The position numbers were made by a program, and so were the translations under genes. A DNA stretch of 64,000 nt, taken from assembly GCF_035650995.1 (NCBI RefSeq), contig NZ_DASRGO010000031.1:60134-124133 (forward strand). The letters are read 5' to 3'. Below, one piece after another: positions 36,893 through 46,275 of this stretch (within the stretch, counting starts at the first letter, position 1; every line of letters begins with the position of its first letter). The notes under the pieces were generated by a model. That model ran no database searches. It was not told where the DNA came from and saw nothing but the letters and a program-made list of their open reading frames with translations. The DNA comes from Methyloceanibacter sp. Its GTDB lineage: Bacteria; Pseudomonadota; Alphaproteobacteria; Rhizobiales; Methyloligellaceae.

Positions 36893-38800
36893 TCACCCAT
36901 GGAAATGATCATAAATGGTCTTGGCCATTTGTGCGCTGATGCCGGCGACGCTTTCGAGGTCGGCGATGCCGGCGCGGCTTACCGCCTTGGCCGAGCCGAA
37001 ATGCTTCAGCAGCGCGCGCTTGCGCGAAGGCCCGATGCCCGGAACCTCGTCGAGCGGAGAGGCGGTGATCGCCTTTTTGCGCTTGGCGCGATGGGCGCCG
37101 ATGGCGAAGCGGTGCGCCTCGTCCCTAAGCTTCTGGAGGCAATAGAGCACGGGATCGCGCGGTTCGAGCAGGATCGGTTCCTTGCCTTTGATATGAATGC
37201 GTTCGCGGCCCGCGTTGCGATCGGGTCCCTTGGCCACCGCGGCGACCTTGATGTCCCCGAGGCCGAGCTCGTCGAGCACTCCATGGGCAGCGGCCAGCTG
37301 GCCCGGGCCGCCGTCGATCAGGACGAGATCGGGAGCGGTCCAGCCTTCAACTTCGCCTTTGCTCTTGGCGAGCTTGCTGAAGCGCCGCGTCAACATCTCG
37401 CGCATCATGGCGTAGTCGTCGCCCGGAGCAAGGTCCTCGCTCTTCATGTTGAACTTGCGGTATTGGCTTTTGATGAACCCTTCCGGTCCGGCAACGATCA
37501 TGGCCCCGACCGGGTTCGTTCCCGAGATATGGCTGTTGTCATAGACCTCGACGCGCTCCGGCGCGTCATCGAGATCGACGAGATCGGCGAGCTTGGCGAA
37601 GATCGCGGCCTGCGAGGAGGAATCGGCAAGCCGCCGCGCCAGCGCCTCGCGCGCATTGATCAAGGCATGCTCGACGAGCTCGCGTCGCTCGCCGCGCGCG
37701 GGCTTGCCGACTTCGATCTTGCGCCCGGCGCGGAGCGACAATGCCTCCGAGAGGAGCCGCCGGCCGGGAATGTCGTGCGACAAGAGAACGAGTCTCGGCG
37801 GCGACTTGTCGTCGTAGAACTGGGCGATGAAGGACTCGAGAACTTCTTCCACCGGAAGGCTCTTGTCGGCGCGCGGGAAATAAGCGCGGTTGCCCCAGTT
37901 GTTGCCGGTCCGGAAGAAGAACACCTGGATGCAAGTCTGGCCCGCCTCTTGATGCGCGGCGAAGACGTCGGCCTCCTTCACGCTCGCCGGATTGATGCCC
38001 TGGCGCGACTGGATATGCGACAGCGCGGTGAGCCGGTCGCGGAAGGAGGCGGCACGCTCGTAATCCTGCTTAAGGCTCGCTTCCTCCATCAGCCGGTGGA
38101 GTCGCAGCTTCACCTCGTCGCTCTCGCCGCGCAGGAAGCGGAGCGCTTCATCGACCAGATGGCCGTAGTCTTCAACGGAGATTTCGCCGGTGCAAGGAGC
38201 GCTGCAACGTTTGATCTGAAACAGGAGGCAAGGCCGCAAGCGGCTCTCGTAATAGGAGTCGGAGCAGGACCTGAGCAGGAACGCGCGCTGCAGCGTGTTG
38301 ATGGTGCGGCCCACGGCGCCGGCCGAGGCAAAAGGGCCGAAATAGTCGCCCTTGCGGCTCCGAGCGCCGCGATGCTTGAGGATCTGCGGCACCCTGTGGT
38401 CGCGGGCGATAAGGATATAGGGAAAGGACTTGTCGTCACGCAGCACGACGTTGAAGCGGGGCTTGAGCCGCTTGATCAAGTTCGCCTCGAGCAGAAGCGC
38501 CTCGATTTCGGTCGCGGTGGTTACGAATTCCATGCTCGCCGTGTCGGCGACCATGCGGGCGATGCGGTTGTTGTGACCTTGTCCACGCGCATAGCTCTGC
38601 ACCCGCTTCTTGAGATGGCGCGCCTTGCCGACGTAGAGCACTTCGCCGCTCGCATCGATCATGCGATAGACGCCGGGCCCTGCGGGTGCCGTCTTGGCGT
38701 AGCGGGCGATCACGGTCGCCCCCGTCTCGACGCCGAGGAGGGCCTCTTTGGCGCGCGCCACGAGCGACGCTTTCGCGCTATCGGGATTCTCTAAGGGCAT
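36893..38800 (-). CDS. uvrC: Excinuclease ABC subunit C
   Basis: GIY-YIG domain (PGVYRM...LYVGKA), [31 protein letters not shown]-terminal HhH. Confidence 0.98.
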   Translation of the reverse strand: MPLENPDSAKASLVARAKEALLGVETGATVIARYAKTAPAGPGVYRMIDASGEVLYVGKARHLKKRVQSYARGQGHNNRIARMVADTASMEFVTTATEIEALLLEANLIKRLKPRFNVVLRDDKSFPYILIARDHRVPQILKHRGARSRKGDYFGPFASAGAVGRTINTLQRAFLLRSCSDSYYESRLRPCLLFQIKRCSAPCTGEISVEDYGHLVDEALRFLRGESDEVKLRLHRLMEEASLKQDYERAASFRDRLTALSHIQSRQGINPASVKEADVFAAHQEAGQTCIQVFFFRTGNNWGNRAYFPRADKSLPVEEVLESFIAQFYDDKSPPRLVLLSHDIPGRRLLSEALSLRAGRKIEVGKPARGERRELVEHALINAREALARRLADSSSQAAIFAKLADLVDLDDAPERVEVYDNSHISGTNPVGAMIVAGPEGFIKSQYRKFNMKSEDLAPGDDYAMMREMLTRRFSKLAKSKGEVEGWTAPDLVLIDGGPGQLAAAHGVLDELGLGDIKVAAVAKGPDRNAGRERIHIKGKEPILLEPRDPVLYCLQKLRDEAHRFAIGAHRAKRKKAITASPLDEVPGIGPSRKRALLKHFGSAKAVSRAGIADLESVAGISAQMAKTIYDHFHG

Positions 38801-38885
38801 GGGATCACGAAGTTTTTTCGGCACGCAGACACGCGCCTCTCTCACCCGAAGGTAAGGTCTAAGCGCGATCGCCTTCAAGTGCCAG

Positions 38886-39644
38886 TCATGCCCCGGGGAG
38901 GGTTTGCCAGGCAAGGTGCTGGCCGGAGTCGAGGGCGATCATCTGCCCGGTGATCGAAGGGGTCTCGAGCAGAAAGCGCACGGCGGCGGTCACCTCATCG
39001 AGAGCCACGCCGCGCTGAAGCAGCGTCGAACGGCATTCGCGCGCGAAGTCCTCTTCGCTCTGCTTATGGCTCGGCAGTACCGGTCCCGGCGCAATCGCAT
39101 TGACTCTGATCTTGGGTGCTAGCCCCTGGGCGAGCAGTTGCGTTGCGGTCCACAAGGCCGATTTGGCGACGGTGTAAGAAAAGAACTCAGGATCGGGCCG
39201 CAACACCTTCTGATCAATGATGTTGATGATGTTGCCCTGCATGCCCTCGGGCAGCCTGTGCGCAACCGCCTGAGCGAGGAAGATGGGGGCGCGGAGATTG
39301 ACGTCGAGGTGAGTCTGCCATGTGTCGCGACGGAGCGTCTTGATGTCGTCCCACTCGAAGCAGGCGGCGCTATTGATCAGGCAGGTGATTGGACCGAGCG
39401 CCGCAGCACAGCTCTCGACCAACGGCTCCGGCGTCCCGGGCCGCGCGAGATCGGCGGCAAACGCCGCTGCCTCGCCTCCATTCGCCTCGATCTCGGCAAC
39501 GACCGCCAACGCGTCGGCCGAAGAGGCGTGGTAGTGGACGCCGACCTTGAAGCCGAGCGCGGCGAGGTCGAGCGCGATGGCGCGGCCGAGACGACGGGCT
39601 GCCCCGGTCACAAGAGCCGTCGCGGGTCCCTGATTCTGATCCAT
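38886..39644 (-). CDS. SDR oxidoreductase, pteridine reductase (FolM/PTR1/PruA-like) type
   Basis: [29 protein letters not shown]. Confidence 0.8.
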   Translation of the reverse strand: MDQNQGPATALVTGAARRLGRAIALDLAALGFKVGVHYHASSADALAVVAEIEANGGEAAAFAADLARPGTPEPLVESCAAALGPITCLINSAACFEWDDIKTLRRDTWQTHLDVNLRAPIFLAQAVAHRLPEGMQGNIINIIDQKVLRPDPEFFSYTVAKSALWTATQLLAQGLAPKIRVNAIAPGPVLPSHKQSEEDFARECRSTLLQRGVALDEVTAAVRFLLETPSITGQMIALDSGQHLAWQTLPGA

Positions 39645-40093
39645 GCAGACGCGGGATGAGGTTTTTCGTCGGCGAATCGGCGGGCCATATGCCGTCCGCC
39701 CGAGCGGACACTCTACGTGCGCGGCGGAAACCGAGCAAGAACGGGCGGATGCGCACGCAGTCCTAGCACCTCAACAAAAGGCTTCCAAACTGTTGAATCC
39801 AATTTTCCGCACGGAATTTGGGCAGTTGCTTTCGCTCCGGGCAGCTTTCTGTGAACAATTGTTTTGCGTCAGCGGAAATGCGAGCCCAATGTGGCATCAA
39901 AGCCCATTGACCATGGCAGAATAGTCACACTGACCAAGATGTTTTTCGGAAATCCCCGAATTTGCATTGCTTCGGGATTCGAGCGCCTTATGCTGTGATC
40001 ACACAGGGGGACGTTGCACCGCGGGGGAAGCGGGGGCGGCATCCTGATCAAGACTTTGAACGCGTGGGAAGCGACAAAATCAGGAGACTGAAA

Positions 40094-40843
40094 ATGACTC
40101 GGCGCAGCAGGGAAGCGGGGTTCGTGAAGTCGTGCATCTTGGGGGCGGCGCTCGTCGCTGGCATGGCGACGGCGGCGCTGGCGGACAACAAGCTGACGCT
40201 CTCGGGATCGGCCACCATGACGACGAACTACGAGTTTCGCGGCGTCTCGAATAGCAGCAACAATCCCGCCGTGCAGCCCGAGTTCGATCTGACCTACGGC
40301 ATGTGGTATGCGTATATTTGGGGATCGAACAACTCGCTGTCCCCGAACGACGTTGAGATCGATTACGGTCTCGGCATCACCCCGAAATGGAACAATATCA
40401 CGTTCAACATAGCCGGACTCGCTTACACCTATCCTGGTAGCGATGGCCTTCTCGATTATTTCGAGTTGAAGACGGGTGCTACTTGGGCGAGCGGCCCCTG
40501 GAGCCTCGCTGTCAACAACTACTGGTCGCCGAACAATTTTAATGCGGAGACCTAGTCGGATGCGATCGAGGGCACGGTCGGCTACACCTTCAACCGCAAG
40601 ATTTGGAACTTCTTCACGCCGAGTATCAGCGGAACGGTGGGCGAGCAGTTCTACGAGCATGAGAATATCTTCCCCAGCTACCGGTACTGGAATGCTGGTT
40701 TGACTCTCGGCTTCATGGAGAAGTGGTCCGCCGACATTCGCTATTGGGACACGGACGCAAGCAAAGCTGACTGTATTCCCCTCGGCGGATCGCGCGACGC
40801 TTGCGATGCCACGGTGGTCGGCACCATCAAGGCGACGTTCTAG
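40094..40843 (+). pseudogene. TorF-family (TIGR02001-like) outer-membrane porin with in-frame TAG at 40553-40555
   Basis: Signal peptide, TTNYEFRGVSNS, PAVQ, EIDYGLG, DYFE. The same frame continues past the TAG to a C-terminal Phe (IKATF). Confidence 0.75.
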
Positions 40844-40884
40844 CTGAGGCCACACAGTTTCCCCAAAAAGCACTTCCCACCTCG

Positions 40885-40914
40885 AAGGGGCGCCCGCTGC
40901 GGCGCCCCTTTTTT
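40885..40914 (+). terminator. Intrinsic terminator
   Basis: AAGGGGCGCC-CGCTGC-GGCGCCCCTT-TTTT. Confidence 0.75.
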
Positions 40915-41016
40915 GCTCGAGGGGGATCATCACCCCGGCGTCGCCAGCTCGAAGCCTCGCCACGAACGTAGCGGCGAAGGAAAGCCGCCGGCGCTGGGGC
41001 CGTGAGGAAAGGAAGG

Positions 41017-41032
41017 GGCCCGCAATGGACTC
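41017..41032 (+). promoter_or_regulatory. 16-bp motif GGCCCGCAATGGACTC (copy 1)
   Basis: Identical copy at 47863-47878. Both end about 90 nt before an ATG. Confidence 0.55.
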
Positions 41033-41121
41033 CAGCGAGAAGTCTCTGCTCCTTGCGGCCGCGGCGTGATAGAATCAGAGGTCAGGTTAAGTTGCCTGGC
41101 CACAAATCGGGGGGTTTGACA

Positions 41122-42687
41122 ATGGCTGACGGACCTAGTGTCGCTTCGGGTGGCTATACCGAGGCCGACAAAAAGGAGGACGTGAAGGTTCTCCACAGCA
41201 TGGGCTATGCGCAGGAACTCGACCGGCGCATGCGCCAGTTCTCCAATTTCGCGATCTCCTTCTCGATCATCTGCATTCTCTCGGGCGGCATCAACTCGCT
41301 CGCCCAAGGCACGTCGGGCGCGGGCGGCGCCGCGATTGGCTTCGGCTGGCCGCTCGGTTGTGCCGTGTCGGGCGTGTTCGCGCTCGCTCTGGCGCAGATC
41401 GGATCGGCCTATCCGACGGCGGGCGGGCTCTATCACTGGGGCTCGATCCTGGGCAACCGGTTCACCGGCTGGCTCACGGCGTGGCTCAATCTGCTCGGAC
41501 TGATCACCGTGCTCGGGGCCATCAATGTCGGCACCTGGACCTTCTTCGAAGGCGCCTTTCCGCAGCTCGGCATCGAGAACACCATCACCAATCAGACGAT
41601 CTTTCTCATCATCATCACCGGCGGCATGGCGCTGATCAATCATCTCGGCATCAGGCTCACGGCGCTGCTCACCGACTTCTCGGGCTATCTCATCTTCGCG
41701 ACCTCGGTTGCGCTTGCGGTGGTGGCCCTTATCGCCGCCGAGCACTGGGACATCTCGCGGCTGTGGACCTTCGCCAACTATTCGGGCGAACCCGGCGGCA
41801 ACGTATGGCCTCCGGTGTCGGGCAGCTGGGTGTTCCTGCTCGGTCTGTTGCTGCCGATCTACACGATCACCGGCTATGATGCTTCGGCGCATACCTCGGA
41901 AGAAACCATGAGAGCGGCACATTCGGTGCCGCGCGGCATCACCCACTCGGTGCTGTGGTCGGCGGTCTTCGGCTGGATCATGCTGTGCGCTTTCGTGCTG
42001 ATGATCCCCAACATGGACGAAGCGGCGAAGCAGGGCTGGAACGTGTTCTTCTGGGGAATGGATGCCCGCGTCGGACCGGTGATCAAGGAGATCCTGTACG
42101 TCGCGATCTTCATCTCCCAGCTGCTATGCGGTCTGGCGACGGTGACGTCCGCCTCGCGCATGATCTTCGCCTTCTCGCGCGACGGCGGCTTGCCATTCTC
42201 CAAGGCGCTCGCCCGGGTCAGCCATAAGCACCGCACTCCGGTCGCGGCGATCTGGACGGCGGCGACGGCCGCGGTGCTGTTCGTGTGGGGCGCATCACTG
42301 GTGTCGGTCGCGGGAACCTCGGCCTATACCATCGTGGTGTCGTCCACGGTCATCTTCCTGTTCCTGTCCTTCTCGGTGCCGATCGCGCTCGCTCTGTTCG
42401 CGCACGGCACCCCGAAATGGGACAGGATGGGCCCGTGGGACCTAGGCCCGTTCTGGTTCAAGGCCTCCTGCGTGCTGTCGCTGATCTCGATGGTGCTGAT
42501 CTTCTTCATCGGCATCCAGCCGCCGAACGACTGGGCGCTATGGATCGTCATCGCCTTCCTGGCCATCACGGCGCTGGTCTGGATCCTGTTCGAGAATCGC
42601 CGCTTCCAGGGGCCGCCGCTCGGCGAGATGATCGCCAAGCGTCAGGCGGCGATCCGCGAGGCGGAAAAGGCCATCGGCGAAATTTGA
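41122..42687 (+). CDS. APC-superfamily amino acid/polyamine permease (GABA/choline-permease-like)
   Basis: GYAQELDR, SNFAISFS, YPTAGGLYHW, TGYDASAHTSEET, RMIFAFSRDGGLP. Confidence 0.9.
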   Translation: MADGPSVASGGYTEADKKEDVKVLHSMGYAQELDRRMRQFSNFAISFSIICILSGGINSLAQGTSGAGGAAIGFGWPLGCAVSGVFALALAQIGSAYPTAGGLYHWGSILGNRFTGWLTAWLNLLGLITVLGAINVGTWTFFEGAFPQLGIENTITNQTIFLIIITGGMALINHLGIRLTALLTDFSGYLIFATSVALAVVALIAAEHWDISRLWTFANYSGEPGGNVWPPVSGSWVFLLGLLLPIYTITGYDASAHTSEETMRAAHSVPRGITHSVLWSAVFGWIMLCAFVLMIPNMDEAAKQGWNVFFWGMDARVGPVIKEILYVAIFISQLLCGLATVTSASRMIFAFSRDGGLPFSKALARVSHKHRTPVAAIWTAATAAVLFVWGASLVSVAGTSAYTIVVSSTVIFLFLSFSVPIALALFAHGTPKWDRMGPWDLGPFWFKASCVLSLISMVLIFFIGIQPPNDWALWIVIAFLAITALVWILFENRRFQGPPLGEMIAKRQAAIREAEKAIGEI

Positions 42688-42712
42688 TCTAACACAAGCT
42701 GGCACTAAACGG

Positions 42713-42737
42713 CCGCGCGGGACGCTGTCCCGCGCGG
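42713..42737. terminator. GC-rich hairpin, possible terminator
   Basis: CCGCGCGGGAC-GCT-GTCCCGCGCGG after the permease. Weak T-tract. Confidence 0.4.
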
Positions 42738-42827
42738 TCTAGTCTTTGCTAGAACGTTGCCAATGGCGGCTGGGGCAAGTTCGGCGGCGACGCGGCGAGC
42801 GTGCCGCTCATCGCGGAGGACGAGGAC

Positions 42828-43730
42828 GTGAGCCTCGATTCGGCGCAGGAGGTTTCGGCGGCGCGCATCGCCGAGCTCGAGATCTGGTTCGGGCGCGTCG
42901 ATCCCGTTCCCCTCGCTGGCGGGATCACCAACAAGAACTTCATCGTCGAGGATCGCGGCCGCCGCTACGTGGTGCGGGTCGGGAGCGATATTCCGGTGCA
43001 CGGCATCGTGCGCGCGAACGAGCTCGCGGCGAGCCAGGCGGCCTATCTTGCGGGCTTGAGCCCGCGCGTGGTGCATGCCGAGCCCGGCATTCTCGTGCTC
43101 GATTTCATCGAGGGGCGCACCTTCACGCCGGACGACGTGCGCAATCCGGCAAACCTGCCGCGGCTGATCGACATCGTGCGCCGGTGCCATCGCGATGTTC
43201 CCCAGCACTTGCGTGGCCCGGCGGCGATGTTCTGGGTGTTTCACGTCGTGCGCGACTATGCGCACACGCTGCGCGAGGCCGGCAGCCCGCACCTTCCCCT
43301 TCTTGCCGAACTTCTGACGCGCTCGGCGCGGCTTGAGGCGGCGGTCGGTCCGATCGACGTCGTGTTCGGGCACAACGATCTTCTCGCCGCCAACTTCATC
43401 GACGACGGGGAGCGGCTTTGGCTCGTCGATTGGGACTATGCCGGATTCAATTCGCCGCTGTTCGATCTCGGCGGACTTGCCTCGAACAGCGAACTTTCCA
43501 AAGAGCAGGCCGAGCTGGCATTGAGCCTCTATTTCGAGAGGCCGGTCGACGATCGCTTGCGGCTTCGCGCCTCGGCCATGACCGCGGCGTCGCTGCTGCG
43601 CGAAACCATGTGGAGCATGGTGTCGGAAATCTACTCCACCGTTGACTTCGACTATGCCGCCTACACGGCGGAAAACCTGCGCCGCTTCGAGGCGGCCTAT
43701 GCGGCCTATCTCGCGATGGATCGAACATGA
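42828..43730 (+). CDS. Choline/ethanolamine kinase-like phosphotransferase
   Basis: LAGGITNKNF, HNDLLAANF (Brenner motif), VDWDY, FDLGGL. Start uncertain (GTG at 42828 or 42801). Confidence 0.85.
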   Translation: MSLDSAQEVSAARIAELEIWFGRVDPVPLAGGITNKNFIVEDRGRRYVVRVGSDIPVHGIVRANELAASQAAYLAGLSPRVVHAEPGILVLDFIEGRTFTPDDVRNPANLPRLIDIVRRCHRDVPQHLRGPAAMFWVFHVVRDYAHTLREAGSPHLPLLAELLTRSARLEAAVGPIDVVFGHNDLLAANFIDDGERLWLVDWDYAGFNSPLFDLGGLASNSELSKEQAELALSLYFERPVDDRLRLRASAMTAASLLRETMWSMVSEIYSTVDFDYAAYTAENLRRFEAAYAAYLAMDRT

Positions 43731-46177
43731 CCGAACTGCCCTCCTCAGCCAAGACCGTGATCATCGGCGGAGGCATCGTCGGCTGCTCCGTGGCCTATCA
43801 CCTCGGACGGATGGGCCAGACCGACGTGCTCCTACTCGAACAGGGGAAGCTCACCTGCGGCTCGACCTGGCATGCGGCGGGGCTGGTCGGCCAGTTGCGC
43901 ACGAGCGCCAACATCACCCAGCTCCTCGGCTATTCCGTCGCGCTCTACGAGCGGCTCGAACAGGAGACCGGGCTTGCCACGGGGTGGAAGCGGAACGGAG
44001 GCTTGCGCCTTGCCTGCAATCCCGAGCGCTGGATCGAGGTGAAGCGCCAGGCGACGACCGCCACCTCGTTTGGGCTTGAGATGCATCTGCTCGACGCCAA
44101 GGAAGCGCAGAAGCTGTGGCCATTGATGCAAATCGATGACGTGGTCGGCGCCGCATTTCTTCCCACCGACGGACAAGCCTCGCCATCCGATATCGCCATG
44201 TCGTTGGCAAAGGGCGCGCGCCAGAAGGGCGTCACCATTGCCGAGGAGGTCAAGGTCACCGGGATCGAGGTCGAGGGAGGCCGCGTGCGCGCCGTCGTCA
44301 CCGACAAGGGGCGCATTACGTGCGAGAAACTGGTGATCGGCGCCGGGCAGTGGTCGCGCGAGATCGGGCAGAAGGCCGGCGTCAACATCCCGCTCGTCTC
44401 GGTGCAGCATCAATATCTGATCACTGAGGCGATCGATGGTGTCACATCGAACCTGCCGACGCTGCGCGATCCCGACCGTCTCACCTATTGGAAGGAGGAG
44501 GTGGGCGGCCTTGTCATGGGCGGCTATGAGCCCAATCCCATGCCGTGGGCCGAGCGCGGGCTTCCCGATCGCTTCGAGTTTCAGCTTCTCGAGGACGATC
44601 TCGAGCATTTCGAGCCGCTGCTCGAGCTCGCCATCGGCCGCGTGCCGGCGATGCAGACCGCCGGCATCAAGCAGTTCATCAACGGACCGGAAAGCTTCAC
44701 GCCCGACGGCAACTTTATTCTCGGCGAGGCGCCCGAGGTGCGCGGCATCTTCGTCGGAACCGGTTTCAACGCCTTCGGCATCGCCTCGGGCGGAGGCGCC
44801 GGCATGGCGCTTGCCGAATGGGTAGCCAAGGGCGAGCCGCCCTACGATCTCTGGCCGGTCGACATCCGCCGCTTCGGCAAAAATACGCTCGACACGAATT
44901 GGGTGAGGACGCGCACGCTCGAAGCCTACGCCAAGCACTACACAATGGCCTGGCCGTTCGAGGAGCATCACTCGGGGCGCCCGTTGCGCCGCTCGCCGCT
45001 TTACGACCGACTCAAGGCACAAGGGGCCTCTTTCGGCGAGAAGCTCGGCTGGGAGCGTCCGAACTGGTTTGCCGATCTCGCTGGCGGCGAGACGCCCGAA
45101 GATCGTTACAGCTACGGCCGCCAGAACTGGTTCGCCGCGGTCGGGCGCGAACATGCGGCGGCGCGGGAGCGCGTCGCCGTGTTCGACCAGACTTCGTTCG
45201 CCAAGTTCGTGGTGACCGGCCGCGATGCCGAGGCGGCGCTGTCGTGGATCTGCGCCAACGACGTCGCCAAGCCCGCAGGTCACCTCGTCTATACGCAGAT
45301 GCTGAATGCCCGCGGCGGCATCGAATGTGATCTGACTGTCGGCCGTCTGTCGGAGACCGAGTACTACATCGTGACCGGCACCGGCTTCGCCACGCACGAC
45401 TTCGACTGGATCTCGCGCTCGATTCCCGATGGGCTCGACGCCCGCGTAGTCGACGTCACCTCCGCTTATGCCGTTCTTTCGGTGATGGGCCCGCGTTCGC
45501 GCGATGTGCTACAGGCTCTGACCGACCATGACCTGTCGAATGGCGCCTTTCCGTTCGGCAGGGCGAAGCGAATGACGCTTGCCGATGCGCCGTTGCTCGC
45601 GCTTCGCGTGACCTATGTCGGCGAGCTCGGCTGGGAGCTGCACATCCCGGTGGAGTTTGCGCTTACCGTGTACGACGCGCTCATGGCCGAGGGACAACGC
45701 CACGGCATTGCCAACGCCGGCTATCGTGCCATCGAGTCGCTGCGGCTGGAGAAGGGCTACCGCGCCTGGGGCGCGGACATCGGACCTGACCATTCGCCGC
45801 TCGTTGCCGGGCTCGGCTGGGCGGTGAAGCTCAAATCGAATCGACCATTTCAGGGACGCGAAGCGCTCGAGGCCCAGGCGAACGGCAAGCTGCCGCGCCT
45901 GCTTGCAGGCTTCACCACCGATCCTTCGATCGTGCTCTTGGGCCGGGAAACGATCTACCGCGACGGCAAGCGCGTCGGCTGGCTGTCGAGCGGCGGCTAC
46001 GGCTACACGGTCGGCCGGTCGATCGGCTACGGCTACGTGCGCGATCCGGAAAACGGAGTCGATCGAAACAAGGTGCTCTCCGGCCGCTACGAGCTTGAAG
46101 TCGCCACGGAGCGGGTGCCGGCAGAGGTATTCCTCGACCCGCTCTACGACCCGACAATGTCGCGAATTAAGAGTTGA
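43727..46177 (+). CDS. GcvT-domain FAD oxidoreductase (sarcosine/dimethylglycine dehydrogenase family)
   Basis: IIGGGIVG, GSTWHAAGLV, NGPESFTPDG, GWERPNWF, SLRLEKGY. ATGA overlap with the kinase. Confidence 0.92.
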   Translation: MTELPSSAKTVIIGGGIVGCSVAYHLGRMGQTDVLLLEQGKLTCGSTWHAAGLVGQLRTSANITQLLGYSVALYERLEQETGLATGWKRNGGLRLACNPERWIEVKRQATTATSFGLEMHLLDAKEAQKLWPLMQIDDVVGAAFLPTDGQASPSDIAMSLAKGARQKGVTIAEEVKVTGIEVEGGRVRAVVTDKGRITCEKLVIGAGQWSREIGQKAGVNIPLVSVQHQYLITEAIDGVTSNLPTLRDPDRLTYWKEEVGGLVMGGYEPNPMPWAERGLPDRFEFQLLEDDLEHFEPLLELAIGRVPAMQTAGIKQFINGPESFTPDGNFILGEAPEVRGIFVGTGFNAFGIASGGGAGMALAEWVAKGEPPYDLWPVDIRRFGKNTLDTNWVRTRTLEAYAKHYTMAWPFEEHHSGRPLRRSPLYDRLKAQGASFGEKLGWERPNWFADLAGGETPEDRYSYGRQNWFAAVGREHAAARERVAVFDQTSFAKFVVTGRDAEAALSWICANDVAKPAGHLVYTQMLNARGGIECDLTVGRLSETEYYIVTGTGFATHDFDWISRSIPDGLDARVVDVTSAYAVLSVMGPRSRDVLQALTDHDLSNGAFPFGRAKRMTLADAPLLALRVTYVGELGWELHIPVEFALTVYDALMAEGQRHGIANAGYRAIESLRLEKGYRAWGADIGPDHSPLVAGLGWAVKLKSNRPFQGREALEAQANGKLPRLLAGFTTDPSIVLLGRETIYRDGKRVGWLSSGGYGYTVGRSIGYGYVRDPENGVDRNKVLSGRYELEVATERVPAEVFLDPLYDPTMSRIKS

Positions 46178-46275
46178 GGGCTTTCGTTCCCGGTGCTCAA
46201 ATTGGCGGCGGGATTCTCGTGGGGACGACAGAGAGGTCGGCCCGTAGGCTTAGGCCTCGTTAGCGGAGCGGGCAA

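Noticed and set aside
36710-38794. 694-aa plus-strand ORF and many other long antisense or alternate-frame ORFs (e.g. 11308-12708, 43832-45397, 52420-54102)
   Set aside because: These are shadows of well-supported genes in high-GC DNA. They are Arg/Ala/Gly-rich with no motifs or RBS.
40553-40555. Pyrrolysine recoding of the porin TAG
   Set aside because: No pyl genes or tRNA-Pyl in the window, and an exported porin is an unlikely host. A mutation or sequencing error is more parsimonious.
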